Shown: positions 24,908 to 37,173, numbered from the stretch's first letter. The stretch: DNA of 64,000 nt from Takakia lepidozioides (GCA_030704615.1 CM060731.1:12834001-12898000), one strand, 5' to 3'. Notes: generated by a model from the sequence alone, not told the origin. A program made the numbers and translations.

Positions 24908-27229
24908 TTATCTACAAATCAAGATGTAGACTATGGAGCTATTTTCCAACAGGCAGTTCGTCTGCTTAGCAAGATGCAATTTTGATAAACACTTTGAAAA
25001 AGCAGCGCCAATATCGTAAACTTGTTGTGTAAGATACAAATGAACCATTTCTATAGCCCTTTGGACCTCAGAGTAAGGTACATCCGAGGCTACTAATTCT
25101 TCTTCATTGTTCTCATGCTCATGCAATACCCTACCAAGAGGTTCTCAAGTTCCCTGGAGGCCCCCCAAACCCTAACAAACTACGGTTAGGGTTCTCCTGG
25201 CCATTTCAATAGTTCCAATGCTCATCTCGATATTGAAATGGCCATTTCAATAGTGAATACTAGTACCATTATTATTATTATTATTATTTGATTGAATATA
25301 ACAATTACATAGGTGTCTTAACAAAGAGGAGAGTAGGTATTCAAAAACAAATAACAAATAACACTCTTTTTGTCATTCTTAGTGTATATTTTTACAGAGT
25401 AAGAAAACCATAACATTTAGGATGATATAACAAAAAAGGAGGTAACATTTATCCAGGTTTGACTGTATCCCAGAGAATCCTCATGGGGTTTTGGGCACCC
25501 GAATGATGATCTGCCAGAACTGACAGCAAGTCACAGCCATTGCAACCCACCTGCATCATTTACTTTCCCACCGGTCCAGGGCCTCAAGTGGTGTCACACA
25601 ATCAGTGGTCCTGGGTTCAAATCCATGAAAATGAGAACTACTCTACACACTGATTCACGGCAGCTATCTGCTTCAAAACACCCAGCCCACTACACTGCAC
25701 TCTACAAGTACAAGCCATTTCCTTTCACAAGCAGCTTCACATTGAAGGGTGTTGGCAGGGGTGACACTGGACAGGAATAAGTCATCGTACATTGCAAATT
25801 GGTGCAATGAGTAACGAGGTCGGCGCACACCCACCAAGGGTATAATCAAGGTGCGCTTTTGAAGCAGGCGTTTCCCAAAGTTGGGTATCTGACAACCTTT
25901 TAGTAAGCTTCTCTCATCACATCTGGGAGTAGTACTACCTGTGTGCTACCTGGAAACTCTCGATAAAACCACCGCCACTCAAGGTTGTGCATGTTCATAC
26001 AAGAGACAGAATCATGTCCACTAGCCCTTATGGACATTTGGAAAGTGCATCACTCACACATTGAAGTATCTCTGTGTCCTTTCAGTGGGCTTTAGATACC
26101 ACCTTCTCAACTTAAGGTGCTGCACCTAAGTCCCAGCTGGAGAGTTTATGAAAAGTTTCCAAGGAATACAGCACGGCACCAAATAACGATCGTGAATTGC
26201 AAACACTGGATTTCCCGTCCGATGGGAAAAATGAAGCGCTCGACACAGTAAGGTCTCATGTATGAGTAGTGTGCAAATCTATGGTACGTGATACAATTTG
26301 TAAGAGGTTGCATGCCCCACAGATGGTGACACAGAGGTCAGACCTTTACATCCTTGGCAGAAATGAGCCAACACAGGTGGGCTTGCTTACTTACATTCGT
26401 GCATACTGGCGAAGACTGAACGCCAAAGCTTTGCTGTAGAGTGACTGCACTCCATGCCTTGACCAGAATCTGTTGCACAGCTGTCATGTGTATTACATGG
26501 TAGCAAACTTGTTGCAGCAGAAAGACAGTTTGATAGATGTTCCTTTTACAACTAACCCAATTTGAAAGACACACTACCAGATGGCAGTGACAAAGAGAAT
26601 CTTGCATGACATAGCAATCTGTCCAGAACCATAAAAATAACACATAATGTGATTCTTGCACACACCACAAGATCAAGGACAGCAAACAGCCACTGCAGCA
26701 CCGATGGGTGTGGCTGCCCCTTCTTCTCCCAGGTACTTCCACCTGCCCATGCCACCACAGAGATTTCCATTCATTAACAATGTGGTAAAATGAAAATACT
26801 TCTACTATTTTCATTGCCAGGTAAGCTTGGCAAGCATGCATGCGTACCACTACTTTAGTACCACCATTGACCCCAAAGCAACATTGCATTCGTAAAGTCC
26901 AGGTTGCTATGACATGCCCTTCAGGTTATAGTCCCCACATACTGACCCTCCTCAAGCCAATTGTAGAGTTTCAGCCACAGGGGTATGAAAGACTTCGAAC
27001 AAATTCCTTAATGCTTGCACACAGCAGGCAATCCAGTTACACTGAATTCCTTGTTCAACTATTGGTTAGCATTATCATCATCCTAGAAATCGCAAGTTTG
27101 ATTACAGCACTGCTTCTCAAGCCCTATAGCTTATGACAATAAATGATGCAAGATAATGTGGCTGCACTATAAGCAGAGGAAAGAAGACAAAGAGAATAGG
27201 GTTTACTGCGGGTAGGAGGAGGGGCATAC

Positions 27230-28399
27230 CAGAATGTTGGCACCAATGCTGGTGCCTATTGCCATGAGAGGTGCCTGGGGATACTTATGGTGTACATACT
27301 TAACTAATCTCCGAACGTCCTCTGTCCATCCAGCATTGTAAAACTGGTCTGACTGCATAACACCATGGAGGCAAACGAGATCAGCTACGTACATCAGTCC
27401 TTACTCTTACCTTCTTTCTTTCTATCTTCTTCGTCTTTTTCTTCTTTTGATAAAATTAAGACATGCTTCAGAAATTCAAAGCAATGTGCCTCACATACTG
27501 TCCCAGCCGAGTTCACCAATGTCATTGGCCATAAAGTTGCTGTTCTTCTTTCTAGTTCACACTACTTTACTTTAGTTTTGTTTTTATTTAATTTGGTGTA
27601 AATCATGCTCTCCATAGGAATGGTTCTACAACCAAACCCTAAAGAAAGCACAGTCAAATGAATACATATTGGACTTGACTTGAGCAAAGGAGCTATGCAA
27701 AACCTCAATTTTGTCCTCACAGAAACTTGTACAGTATATGTCCATGCTGCAGAGCTAAGTACTAATAGATTATCTGTTAAGGGAGAAAACCTACTGCATC
27801 TTGGGAGTCACTGGTAAGACCCGGAATCATGATGACCACCGGAGTTTCATCCGCTGCTGGGTTATCGGGTTTGCTGTCATTACTATCTTCTTCACGAACT
27901 GCACCCAGAACTTTCAGGATTAGAATGTACTCATGAGATGTTGTTTGCTGTAGCCTTGTGGCCATAGACCCCTTTCAGGATTAGAGTTGTTTATTATGCA
28001 TACACGACACCTCCCATTTTCATCTGCATGCATGACTTCTGATATCAATATGAGAAAGTGTTGAGGAGATGGAGGTTGTCAGCAAGCCTTACCAGGACGT
28101 GTTTTAACCCAGTCAAGAGCTATTGTTCCTCCATCTGGTGTGAGAAAGAGCTGCCTGTGAGGTCCAACCACACCACAGCTATGAAGAGAAATAGACTGAT
28201 GAAAAGAGAAATTATAATCACCTATCCATCAGCTTTTGTTCTCTCTATGTGAAGTTGTTCAAGAGTTCTGGTGAAAATATTGAATAGAATACAACTATGA
28301 TGCGAATACTCCTTAATGTGCACAATAGGACACAAAGGTGCAGGTCAACATCACTTACCGAAGGTACTCAACAGGGGGTGGCCGGCCATTCAAATGTAG
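27230..28399 (-). pseudogene. Fragmentary alpha/beta-hydrolase (EMB8/ABHD1-3-like). Exons ~28359-28399, 28093-28154, 27795-27910, 27230-27352
   Basis: RQLFLTPDGGTIALDW, PVVIMIPGLTSDS, FYNAGWTED, nucleophile elbow GTSIG. The 5' exons, the NHRG exon and all exons after GTSIG were not found. Confidence 0.75.
27925..27971 (-). mobile_element. 47-bp LINE family B 3'-tail insertion with 14-bp TSD
   Basis: TSD CTTTCAGGATTAGA at 27911-27924 and 27972-27985. Insert matches the family B tail at ~57320-57370. Confidence 0.85.
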
Positions 28400-28843
28400 C
28401 GATGATCAGCTAGCTTGGCCATGATGCGATTGTGTGATACTGTAGCTGCCAACAAAGGTCGATTTATGGCTGGCCTTGGCATCCCCATGATGTTGATGTC
28501 CAACATAGGTCCAGCATAGGTGTCTGTCTGTGTGTCAGGTACCCTGCAGGTATGGACCCTTGGAATCTCTGACAAGGAGTTCTGTTTTCAGGAGCCTACG
28601 AGTGTTTTCAAGGCACCATTGTGGGTCCCATTGCTGTCTGCTGTGGCCTGGCTGCTTCAACGTGCATTTGGTGCTCATGAAGCAGTGAAAATCCGCCAAT
28701 CTTTGGTCGTCGGTTCGTAGAGCCACTTACGGTTCGCCGTTGGCCAACATAAGGCCGAATACAAACACACATACCTCCACCTGTCCCACAATGCAAAAAA
28801 TACATTCTGTAGCTGAGAGCTTTGTGGCCCATTCTGGGCTTGA

Positions 28844-29760
28844 GAAATGAAATGAAATGGGACTTCATAACGTCCGCGGGAAGCTCAAAGAGATTATGGG
28901 ATAAGCGGAAGAAAGAAACAAGAAAGAGAGAGGGGCCACAAACAGCCCAAAAGCAACTAAAGCTCAAGGGATGGTCTAGAGTCAACGCTTCATGCAGGTA
29001 AGCTGCCAAGCATTTCCCGATCCTCATAATGGAAGACCTGTGTAAGAGATTGAGATCGCCGCATAGACGATTCGATCTCCCATGGATCTCCTAGTATAAC
29101 GGGCAGTGAAAGAAGAGATGTTCTTCACTTTCACTTTCCTGTAGGTCCCAGTGCAGGCGGGGCATAGTCGGTCATGACGTTGCAGATTTTCCCAACTACC
29201 AGTCTCTATCCGCCGACTGTGGGAGCCCATCCTGAACCTCCCCAATGCCCTTAGAAGAGAGGGAGATAGAGCTAGAGACAGGTAACTAGGCCACAGATCC
29301 TATCGTCACGGAGAACCAAGAACGTCTCCTGATTGAATTGCAGTTTTCTTGGAGTGGCTGATTTCCATGTCGGCCTGATGTGCAATTCCATAAGTTCTCT
29401 TCTGATGCATCTATTGCGGTCCTGTTTGGAGGCAATATCCACCCCCTCCAAAGGAGATTGCGCTCAAAAAAGTTGGACACCCAAGCATACCGAGAGTGCT
29501 TGAAACCAGATGTTTTGAGCCTGATACATGTTGTGAGGGCCCGGGCTGTCAACCCTTTGGGTCGAAGGGCTAGTAACCTTGTAATAAGAAAGATTGTAAG
29601 CCGGAAGATGGCCTCAGTTTGAAGTGTGACGCATGCAATAATTGGTGACGTGTTGTCCTGCATTCGATCTCAAGCATTCGTGTTGTTCTGAGCTACCAGC
29701 CAATGTGCAATTTAAAGTTGGTTGTCAGAAATTGACAATATCTAATAAGGTACTTTAGTA
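28844..29760 (-). mobile_element. LINE family A, 5'-truncated (RTEX/L2-like ORF2 C-terminus)
   Basis: GRFRMGSH...IETGSWENLQRHDRLCPAC with a (CATTT)n tail at 28844. Confidence 0.85.
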
Positions 29761-29763
29761 TTG

Positions 29764-29825
29764 CACTTGGCAGAGCTCTACCGTGTGCCATGTGCAGTCG
29801 TGGCTCCCTATGTGGTGCCATACAG
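29764..29825 (+). pseudogene. Displaced, inverted exon fragment of the glycosyltransferase pseudogene
   Basis: HLAELYRVPCAVVAPYVVPY followed by a GT donor. Matches the At5g24750-family motif EGWSLAELFxVRCVVAAPYVVPY as recalled. Confidence 0.75.
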
Positions 29826-29881
29826 GTTGTTACTAACTCTACCAAGTGCCCTGACTTCTAAACTCGTCACATGCTCTACAC

Positions 29882-30712
29882 CAGTGTTGGGCGGTTACCC
29901 GCCTGGGCCCCGGGTAACCGCCGGTTCCGGTTCCGGTTATGTGGAACCGGACCGGAACCGGACCCGCCTGTGCAGAACCGGAACCGGAACCGGAACCGCT
30001 CATTGGGGATTGTGTGGGAACCGGAACCGGCGGTTCCAGCTACGACCACATGTGTGGGAACCGGCGGTTCCAGCTCCAAAGCGGTTCCGGTTCTTGGTTC
30101 TTGACCCCCTGGTGGGGCTGGTGGGCCCAGGGAAAAACTTATTTAATGCTCTTAAGCTCCTGAGATCCTGGGTTCAATGCTTGAAGGCCATGAGATTCTA
30201 TGTTCAATGCTTCAGCGCCATGAGATCTTGGGTTCAATCTCCAGCTCCATGATATCCTGGCTAAGTTCATTAATAAAATGTTTGAAGATGCCAATACTTG
30301 CGAGGTAGCTGAATAGTACTTTCAACCCATAAAATTTTACCCATTTTCTTCTACCAGTTTATCTAGAGTATTTTTGTTTGTTTTTTTGTGTTAGTGAAAA
30401 CTAACAAAATCGTTGGATTTTAATTCAAATATGTGAATACACTGCTATTTAATCTACCGGACTGATAAAATATTTTAAATCTAATTAAATTAAACAAATA
30501 TATTTTTAAAATAGAACCGGAACCTAACCGGAACCGATGGTTTTTATCAGCAACTAACCGGTAACCGGAACCGCCCCCATGTTTAAAAGTTGGAACCGGA
30601 CCAGAACCGGCTCAATAAAAAAAACCGGAACCGGATCCGGAACCATCTCTTGAAATAATTTTGGAACCGGAACCGAAGGTTCCTTCACAAATGCAAGAAC
30701 CGCCCAACACTG
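29882..30712. mobile_element. Intact non-autonomous hAT element (MITE) with 8-bp TSD
   Basis: 15-bp TIRs CAGTGTTGGGCGGTT / AACCGCCCAACACTG. TSD CTCTACAC at 29874-29881 and 30713-30720. Dense GGAACC/GGTTCC subterminal repeats. Confidence 0.95.
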
Positions 30713-31853
30713 CTCTACACTACTTCATGATATCTCTTCTGCTGGGAAGTAGTTGACATTCATTCCATGTGAAATCTTTACACACCCCAAAATGTCCAAG
30801 CTCGGACTATGAGACCGAATCCAAGAATTATTTTGTTCTTTTGCAAACAGCAAGCAACAGTTCCTGACTGTCCCCTTCAAGTGTCATGCATCTCAAAAAC
30901 CTAACTTTTCTGATAATATATGCACTGCCGTCCCAGTCCCATCCTGCAAAAAGTATAATAAAATTGTCACGTCTGAAAGCAATCACCTTTCAGCCTAAGG
31001 CTTGGAAAGATACACCGTCTTCACGAAAACTGACAGTCTCAGGAAGTATAACCATCTGAAAGCTCAAACATGTGGAAGATGACACTCACTCTATGACACC
31101 ATGCATGTACATAAAGAGCCATCCAACTCCCAACACAGGGCAGATCGTGCTGTGAGATTATACCCTAAATTGGGTGCTTCTTCCAACGGTCTCAACCCAA
31201 GTTTCACTGTTCATCTCTTGGCATTTGCAATGAGGCCCAATAAAGATTAGAAGTTCCCCTTCCCCCAACAAAACAAAGAGCGACCAACATCAGGAGACCA
31301 AATAAAAGAGGGAAGAGGCTCCCACCTCCATGCAAATCTTCTTACTGAAAGCAGAGGCCCAAAATTGCAGGTCAGTGCTGGAAGCCTCAATTGTGGCAGA
31401 TATGACCATCCTCACTGCTTCAGCAAATTCCTGGGTTCTCCACACATATGTGGATTCAGGTGGTTGGGTTTTAAGGGTTGAGGTGCTACACCCAGCCACG
31501 CCATGCGCCCTGCCCAATAGTACTGGTCCAGGATAAATGAGCAAATTATCTGCATTATCATATGTACAATCCTTCAATTTGAGAATGAAATCAGATGCTA
31601 TATCCATCTGCAGAACTACCAAGAGTAGCCCTGTGCTAAGGACGGTGGGTACACTCATGTAGTCCTTGACAAAAACTCCCTTGACCAATTGAAAGGTTGA
31701 TCTATCCAGTCAACATAACTACCTGCTGTCAGGATGCATGGATCCTTCTCCGTCCTGGGTGACGAGATCAGCAGGATAACCATTCCTCCTAGCAGGAGAT
31801 GGGGATCATGATCGCAAGGATTTTAAGACCCAATCACAAAAACAAACAGTTTG

Positions 31854-32160
31854 TGTTCGAAGTAATTAAACGTATCTAGAAGAATAAGAGTCTTGAAGGC
31901 CAAAGGTTTAAAAGTCTAAGAGACTATCTTGTTTAACTCACCTTTGAAAAGTGAACGGCTAGAATGTGGATGGTCACCATAGTGGAAGTGGAAGCGACCA
32001 AGTAGGACTTCTTAGAGACCTTCTTGTACAAGCTCGGGGGTGAAGCCACTAGTCTAAGTGTAAGAGTATGTTGGTGGCTTCTATGGTTGGGAGGAGAGCT
32101 TTAGTTTTAACTTTAGTCTAAGACTTTAGTTCTTGTTCATGTTCTTGCTCAATTCTAACA
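31854..32160 (+). mobile_element. Solo LTR (copia-related), 307 bp
   Basis: TG...CA ends with 5-bp TSD GTTTG (31849-31853, 32161-32165). Shares GCTTCTATGGTTGGG.GGAGAGCT with the LTR at 24645-24907. Confidence 0.88.
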
Positions 32161-32739
32161 GTTTGCTAGATGGAGCTGGGGACTCTACAATATATAACAT
32201 ATATACAATATAACCATGGAAAGGTAGAAAAGGAAGACACCTGCAGAACCACTGACCACAAAGAAGCTGCTGTTGTCCCACTGCACAGCTTAGCAGGAAC
32301 ATTAATCTCTTGACCCTAATAAAAGCCTCTTTCTTTCTTACTTTAAGCTATCTGGCAAACAGGTTAGCAACATAATCTTCATAATGTATTTATTCTTCTT
32401 AATGTGGTGGATCTGGCTGCTTATACAAGACTGTACACAGGCTTCTTCTGAAAGATTTTGATTTTGTCCCTCAAGCCACCATCAAACCAGAAGCTCTGTT
32501 ACACTTCTTCCTTGAGCTTTGAGTACCAAAGGTGCCTAGCAGCTCACCTGCATGAAGCACTCCATCCTTAAGCAACAGATGAGTCCTTTGATGTGGTTTT
32601 CTTGTTGTTCTACTCTGTCCCACGTGCCCTTGGGACCACATGTGGAAGTTATAACGTTTTGCGTGGAGTATCCCTCTTTCTCTCTAGGCCCTTCCCACCA
32701 AGGGGCTCGTGGCAAGGGCCCTCGCAACATTTATGAGGC

Positions 32740-33452
32740 TCAAAGTTGCAGGTTTCAGGAACTCCTAGTATGCTCGAGTGGACAGTTTATTTCAACGCAA
32801 CGGACTCTCTACTGCTTCCCTATTACCAATGAATCCAGATGAGGTTGGACATCACATCCAGACATGACCGCAACAGACTCATTAGGAGAGAGCTTATGGA
32901 ATTACATGTCAAGAGAACTTGGAAGCTACCCAATTTCACGACAAATCTCCACTTCTATCGAGAGACATTCTTGGTGCTCCGAGATGATAGAATCTTGAGG
33001 CCAAACTACCTGTCAGCATCCTTATTTCCTTCCCTCCTGAGGGCATTGGGGCGGTTCAGGGTGGGTTCCCACAACCTACGGATAGAGACTGGCAGATGGG
33101 AAAACCTGCAACGGGAGGACCGCCTATGTCCAGCTTGCATAGGGCGCAGCCAAGAAATTGAAACTGAAGAACACTTCTTCTTCTACTGCCCTCTATACTA
33201 CGAGATCCGTGGGAGATTCCACTGTTTATTCAGTGGAGCCCAATCTCTCACTGAAGTCTTCCATTATGAGGATAAAAAATGCTTGGCAGCCTACCTGCAC
33301 GAGGCCTTCACCCTCAGACAATCGCTAGAACATTAGTTCTTATTCTTGGGTTCTGGTTTTGTTCCTCTCTCATGTTTTCTTCCATTTTGTCCCATAAGCT
33401 CTATGAGCTTTCTGTGGACGTTTTAAAGCACCATTTCATTTCATTTCATTTC
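32740..33452 (+). mobile_element. LINE family A, 5'-truncated
   Basis: RFRVGSHNLRIETGRW...CPAC...ETEEHFFFYC (CCHC) with a (CATTT)n tail ending 33452. Confidence 0.9.
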
Positions 33453-33453
33453 T

Positions 33454-34510
33454 ATGTCCTCGTCCAAACGCGAAAGAGATCGACGAGGATGGAGACTAGC
33501 CTTCACCCTCGCCTCACCCCGGGTCTCATCTGCTCTCATCTGTTTCTCCTTCCTGCCCCAGCCTCACAACAGGCTTCTCCCTTGCTTCAGTGCTCCACGA
33601 GAAGTGCTGATATTCAAATCCTCCGTGATCAAGTTATTATCCAGCAAACTCTCCTCACCCCGGGTCTCATTTGTTCTCATCTGTTTCTCCTTCCTGCCCC
33701 GGCCTCACAACAGGCTTCTCCCTTGCTTCAGTACTCCATGAGAAGTGCTGATAGTCAAATCCTTTGAGACATAGACTTGGAGAAGTCGTTGGCAGCTCGA
33801 GACACAGACTTGGAGAATCTGCGAGCTGAGGTCACCGTCCTGCGGGCCTCTCTTCTAGACAGTAATAGCAAATTGGAGGGTCTCTTGAAACAACTCAATG
33901 TGAAACCCACACAAAACATGTCTTTCCAAATTGGAAACTTTCCTAGCTTACCACTGACCCGGATGTTAAGGGCTTTGAAAGCCTGTTGTTGTTCCTCACG
34001 CAAGGTGGCTGAGACTGTCTCCTCTAAAGAGTGGGGACTCTTGTTGGATGTGCTGCCCTTGACTATATTAGCCCAAGAGGAAGCCTCTGCCTTATGATCT
34101 TGGAGCTCCCGGGCCATTGTAGGCATCGCAGCTTTGTGGGTTTCTAGCTCTTTAATAAGGATTTCCACCTGTTGATGAATGCTTGCCGTGAGGGGACTTG
34201 AGAGGTCCTTCCTTGTGAGGGTCTTCACTTCCCCATCCAGTTTGGAAAGACGTGTTTGTGTGATATTCACATTGAGTTGTTTCAACAGACCCTCTAGTTT
34301 GCTATTGCTCTCTAGAAGAGAGGCCCACAAGACGATGACCTCAGCTCGCAGATTCTCTAAGTCTGTGTCTCGGGCTGCCACCAACTTCTCCAAGTCCATG
34401 TCTCAGTCTGCAAGCCGCTTCTCCCAGTCCTTGTCTGGGGCTACAAGCAATTGCTGCAGAGCCTTCTCGGAGATGCATCAAGTTTGCAGGATAGTAACTT
34501 GATCACGAAG
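33454..34510. mobile_element. Two convergent LINE ORF1 fragments (33454-33905 +, ~33945-34510 -)
   Basis: Coiled-coil followed by SWANIVK...EEQQQAFKALNIRVSG, like L2/CR1-type ORF1. 140-bp inverted arms and a 111-bp direct duplication. Confidence 0.65.
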
Positions 34511-34609
34511 CCAGCCTTCCTGCACACCAAGAAGGACAGAACTAAGATTAACATGAGGCAGTCAACTTTCAATACAGTAAAAGTATTTGTCAAATCTATC
34601 CAATGAAGG

Positions 34610-34840
34610 AAAGAATGTACTCATAAGACATTCATTGCCGTAGCCTTGTGGCCATTGACCCCACGCCCAGTTTGAGCGGAACACAAAGGGACAAAACCTA
34701 CCTTTGTTAGGGGCCAACGCCGGTAGTAAGACTTACCTTGGAATGGACAATTGATCCAGGTTTTCAGATATCCTCTAGAAATTGTGATTTGCCGAATAAC
34801 TAGACCCCGAAAGGGCCTGGGCTTTTGGAAACATCTCCAC
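34610..34840 (-). mobile_element. LINE family B 3' fragment
   Basis: Highly similar to ~57320-57560 (GCCGTAGCCTTGTGGCCATTGACCCC.CGCCCAGTTTGAGCGGAACAC). Confidence 0.85.
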
Positions 34841-37117
34841 TCTCCCCTGTTAGAGGATGGTGGCTTCATGTTGAGTAGAACAAATTAGACCAAAAACAAA
34901 AATTACCACCGGTTTCCTCGAGTTGTTCATGGCCAAGAGTCTGTCGACCTTGCAAATTTGGGCTCCAAAGGATCTCCTTGCTCCTGGGGGATGGAACAAC
35001 AGGTGGGGTTGAGACAGAAAGAAATGATACCCTGCTTGACTTAGAGACCTCTTTAAATCCTGCAAAATACATCAGCAGCATTTTCAAAGTTTGCAATGAT
35101 AACTTGGATGGACCATAACTCGAACCACCAAGGGTTCCTATCTGGGTCAAAATTTGGGCTACAACTTTCCTGGTAGGAGGAGGATATTTCAAATGAGCCT
35201 TTATGACCCAGGCTTGTTTTCTTACCCGGGTATAGTTGAAACCTACAATCTTCCATGCCGCGACCTGCTGACATTCTGGAAAACCTGCATCTTCCAGTAG
35301 TGACTTGGAAAACTCCAAGAAGCCAATTTGGGGACAATGCTCTCTTGTCCATTGCTGGGTGGACCAGCTTACGAGCATGTGGTGGACACTAGAGCATTGA
35401 CTAGAAAAAATTAACATTGTGTGTGTGTACTTGTAGGATCTAAATGTCTGCAACCAGAACACTCTAACCACCTCATGGACTAAGCTTTTGCTGTCGAGAA
35501 GGGCAAAAAGGGATCATTGTACAGTGCTTGCCATACATACCAAGTCAGGAAAGCATATTATGCTACAATAGCCAAAAGTAAACAACCAGAGTCATTGTAG
35601 AGGACCGAGACATTCATAAAATAGAGAAATCCTTGACTGTTGACAAATATCTGATGAGCAGTGTGCATGATGAAAGTGATAGCACAATCTTCTTTGGCCT
35701 TGGCTAAAGCTGCTGCCACCACCTGCGTACACATCAGCCCAGGTCCCTTCCTCTCAACATATTCTTTTGCACTCCCTTCTTTTTATCCTTATTCACTTGA
35801 GCACTAGATCTCTGTCCAGCAACATGGTGTCCTTTTTCTGTACTTTTTAGTTATGGTTACTGATTTGTACACATGATTTCAAGACATTCTGTGAAATGTG
35901 TAACCCCAACACCCATCTGGAAAGGCTTGGTGGCTGCTGGTAGGATTTTCAGAATTGATCTATTGTGTCAAAATCTATCCCAGTTCAAACTGCTGCTAAT
36001 TGGTGACCCATGAATATACACCAGTCTTGCTACATTCAGGTCAATTACAGGAAAAGCCAAGCTTTTCATCATCAGCCTGATAGGATTGCACATCCCTGGG
36101 CCATTCAACCAACTATCGCTTAGTTAACCCATCTACCGAGTAGGGATTTATCTGTCCCAAATGCTTGAGACAACGCCACCGATCACCATTTTCTTATTAT
36201 CAATTGAAAGCCGCATAAAAAGCCAATCCACGCGCATCCTACGCTTTCTCGGCAGCCTAACAGTACCACCTAACAGGAAAAACTCCTATTCCAGTGCACT
36301 TACAGCTACAGGAAGCACATCCCCAGCGTTCCAAATGCTAAGACCGCAACCCTGCACTTTCCACGCTCCAGGGCCTGTCTCATCGTTCTTTCTGTCAATG
36401 TCGCACATCCGCCAGCTTGCTGGAGTGCCTTGTTGAAGTCGTGGAACTTCTCTACCACTGACAACTAACGAAAGAATTTACTGCATACATATATGCAATT
36501 TGGGTTGTAAAGGGCTCAGGTTTTGGAGTGAGGGTTTATGTTCGGTGTTTTTGCCATAGCGTAAGGGAGAGTGAGACGAGAGATTTCGAGCAACCAGGGT
36601 ACAGAAAGGCAGGCACCATGGATTGCCATGAGCGCTTTCTTTCTCTCTCATGTCTGGGGGCATGAAATGGTATGACAAAACTTCCCACCACCAAAAAATT
36701 GAATCTCTTGAGAGAAGAGTACGCATTCCTGTTCTACCTTCCTCGAGTAACACCTCTAATCTCTTACAAGAGTGATGACGATGGTTTGCAAACTCAAATG
36801 ATCGCCATATTTACAGGAATGATCACGAACACTATCTAATGTTGGTCTAAAAGTCTAACTTAACACACGAAGGGGGAGACCCAGTTTGCCTATGCGTGAT
36901 CTAAAATCGGTCCACTAATTTCTTTTGCTTTGTGATTTCTTCTGGCCGCGATCCCGTCCGCTTGTCGGAACTGGCCCCCTTCCCTCAAGTGGGTGGTTCA
37001 AGGGGGAAAAAATAATCGTAGCCCTGGCCTGGGCTCAAATGCTTGGAGCACTACTTGGCATGCCTGGACTTTGTTGAGACCTTCCCTCTCTCAAATTAGG
37101 CTACAAGTGTTGCGGAA

Positions 37118-37126
37118 TTAGGGTTT
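37118..37126 (-). promoter_or_regulatory. Telo-box (AAACCCTAA) upstream of CDC123
   Basis: TTAGGGTTT about 50 bp before the ATG. A site II-like TGGGCT lies at ~37030. Confidence 0.45.
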
Positions 37127-37173
37127 CTCTGTCATATGTTGTGGGTGTGTGTGTGTGTGCGCGAGAGAGAGAG

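Larger units (their letters stand above)
30893..36383 (-). pseudogene. Sterol-glucosyltransferase-like UDP-glycosyltransferase (At5g24750-like) pseudogene
   Basis: Exons AFGTLGDVLPVA (36304-36383), VVAAALA...HTAHQ, SRVSFLSVSTPPVV, EGW (34511-34519), GTTAASL (32241-32280), IICSFILDQYYWAGRMAWLGVAPQPL (from 31549), DGTGTAVHIL...stop. Shows a frameshift, a lost donor, missing middle exons and TE insertions. Confidence 0.8.

Noticed and set aside
28400-28840. Possible exon of a third gene fragment
   Set aside because: Splice-like signals are present but no frame gave a recognisable protein.
29882-30100. GGAACC arrays as a CRISPR array or an EPEPEP/RNRNRN protein
   Set aside because: They are hAT subterminal repeats inside TIRs with a TSD, with no repeat-spacer structure.
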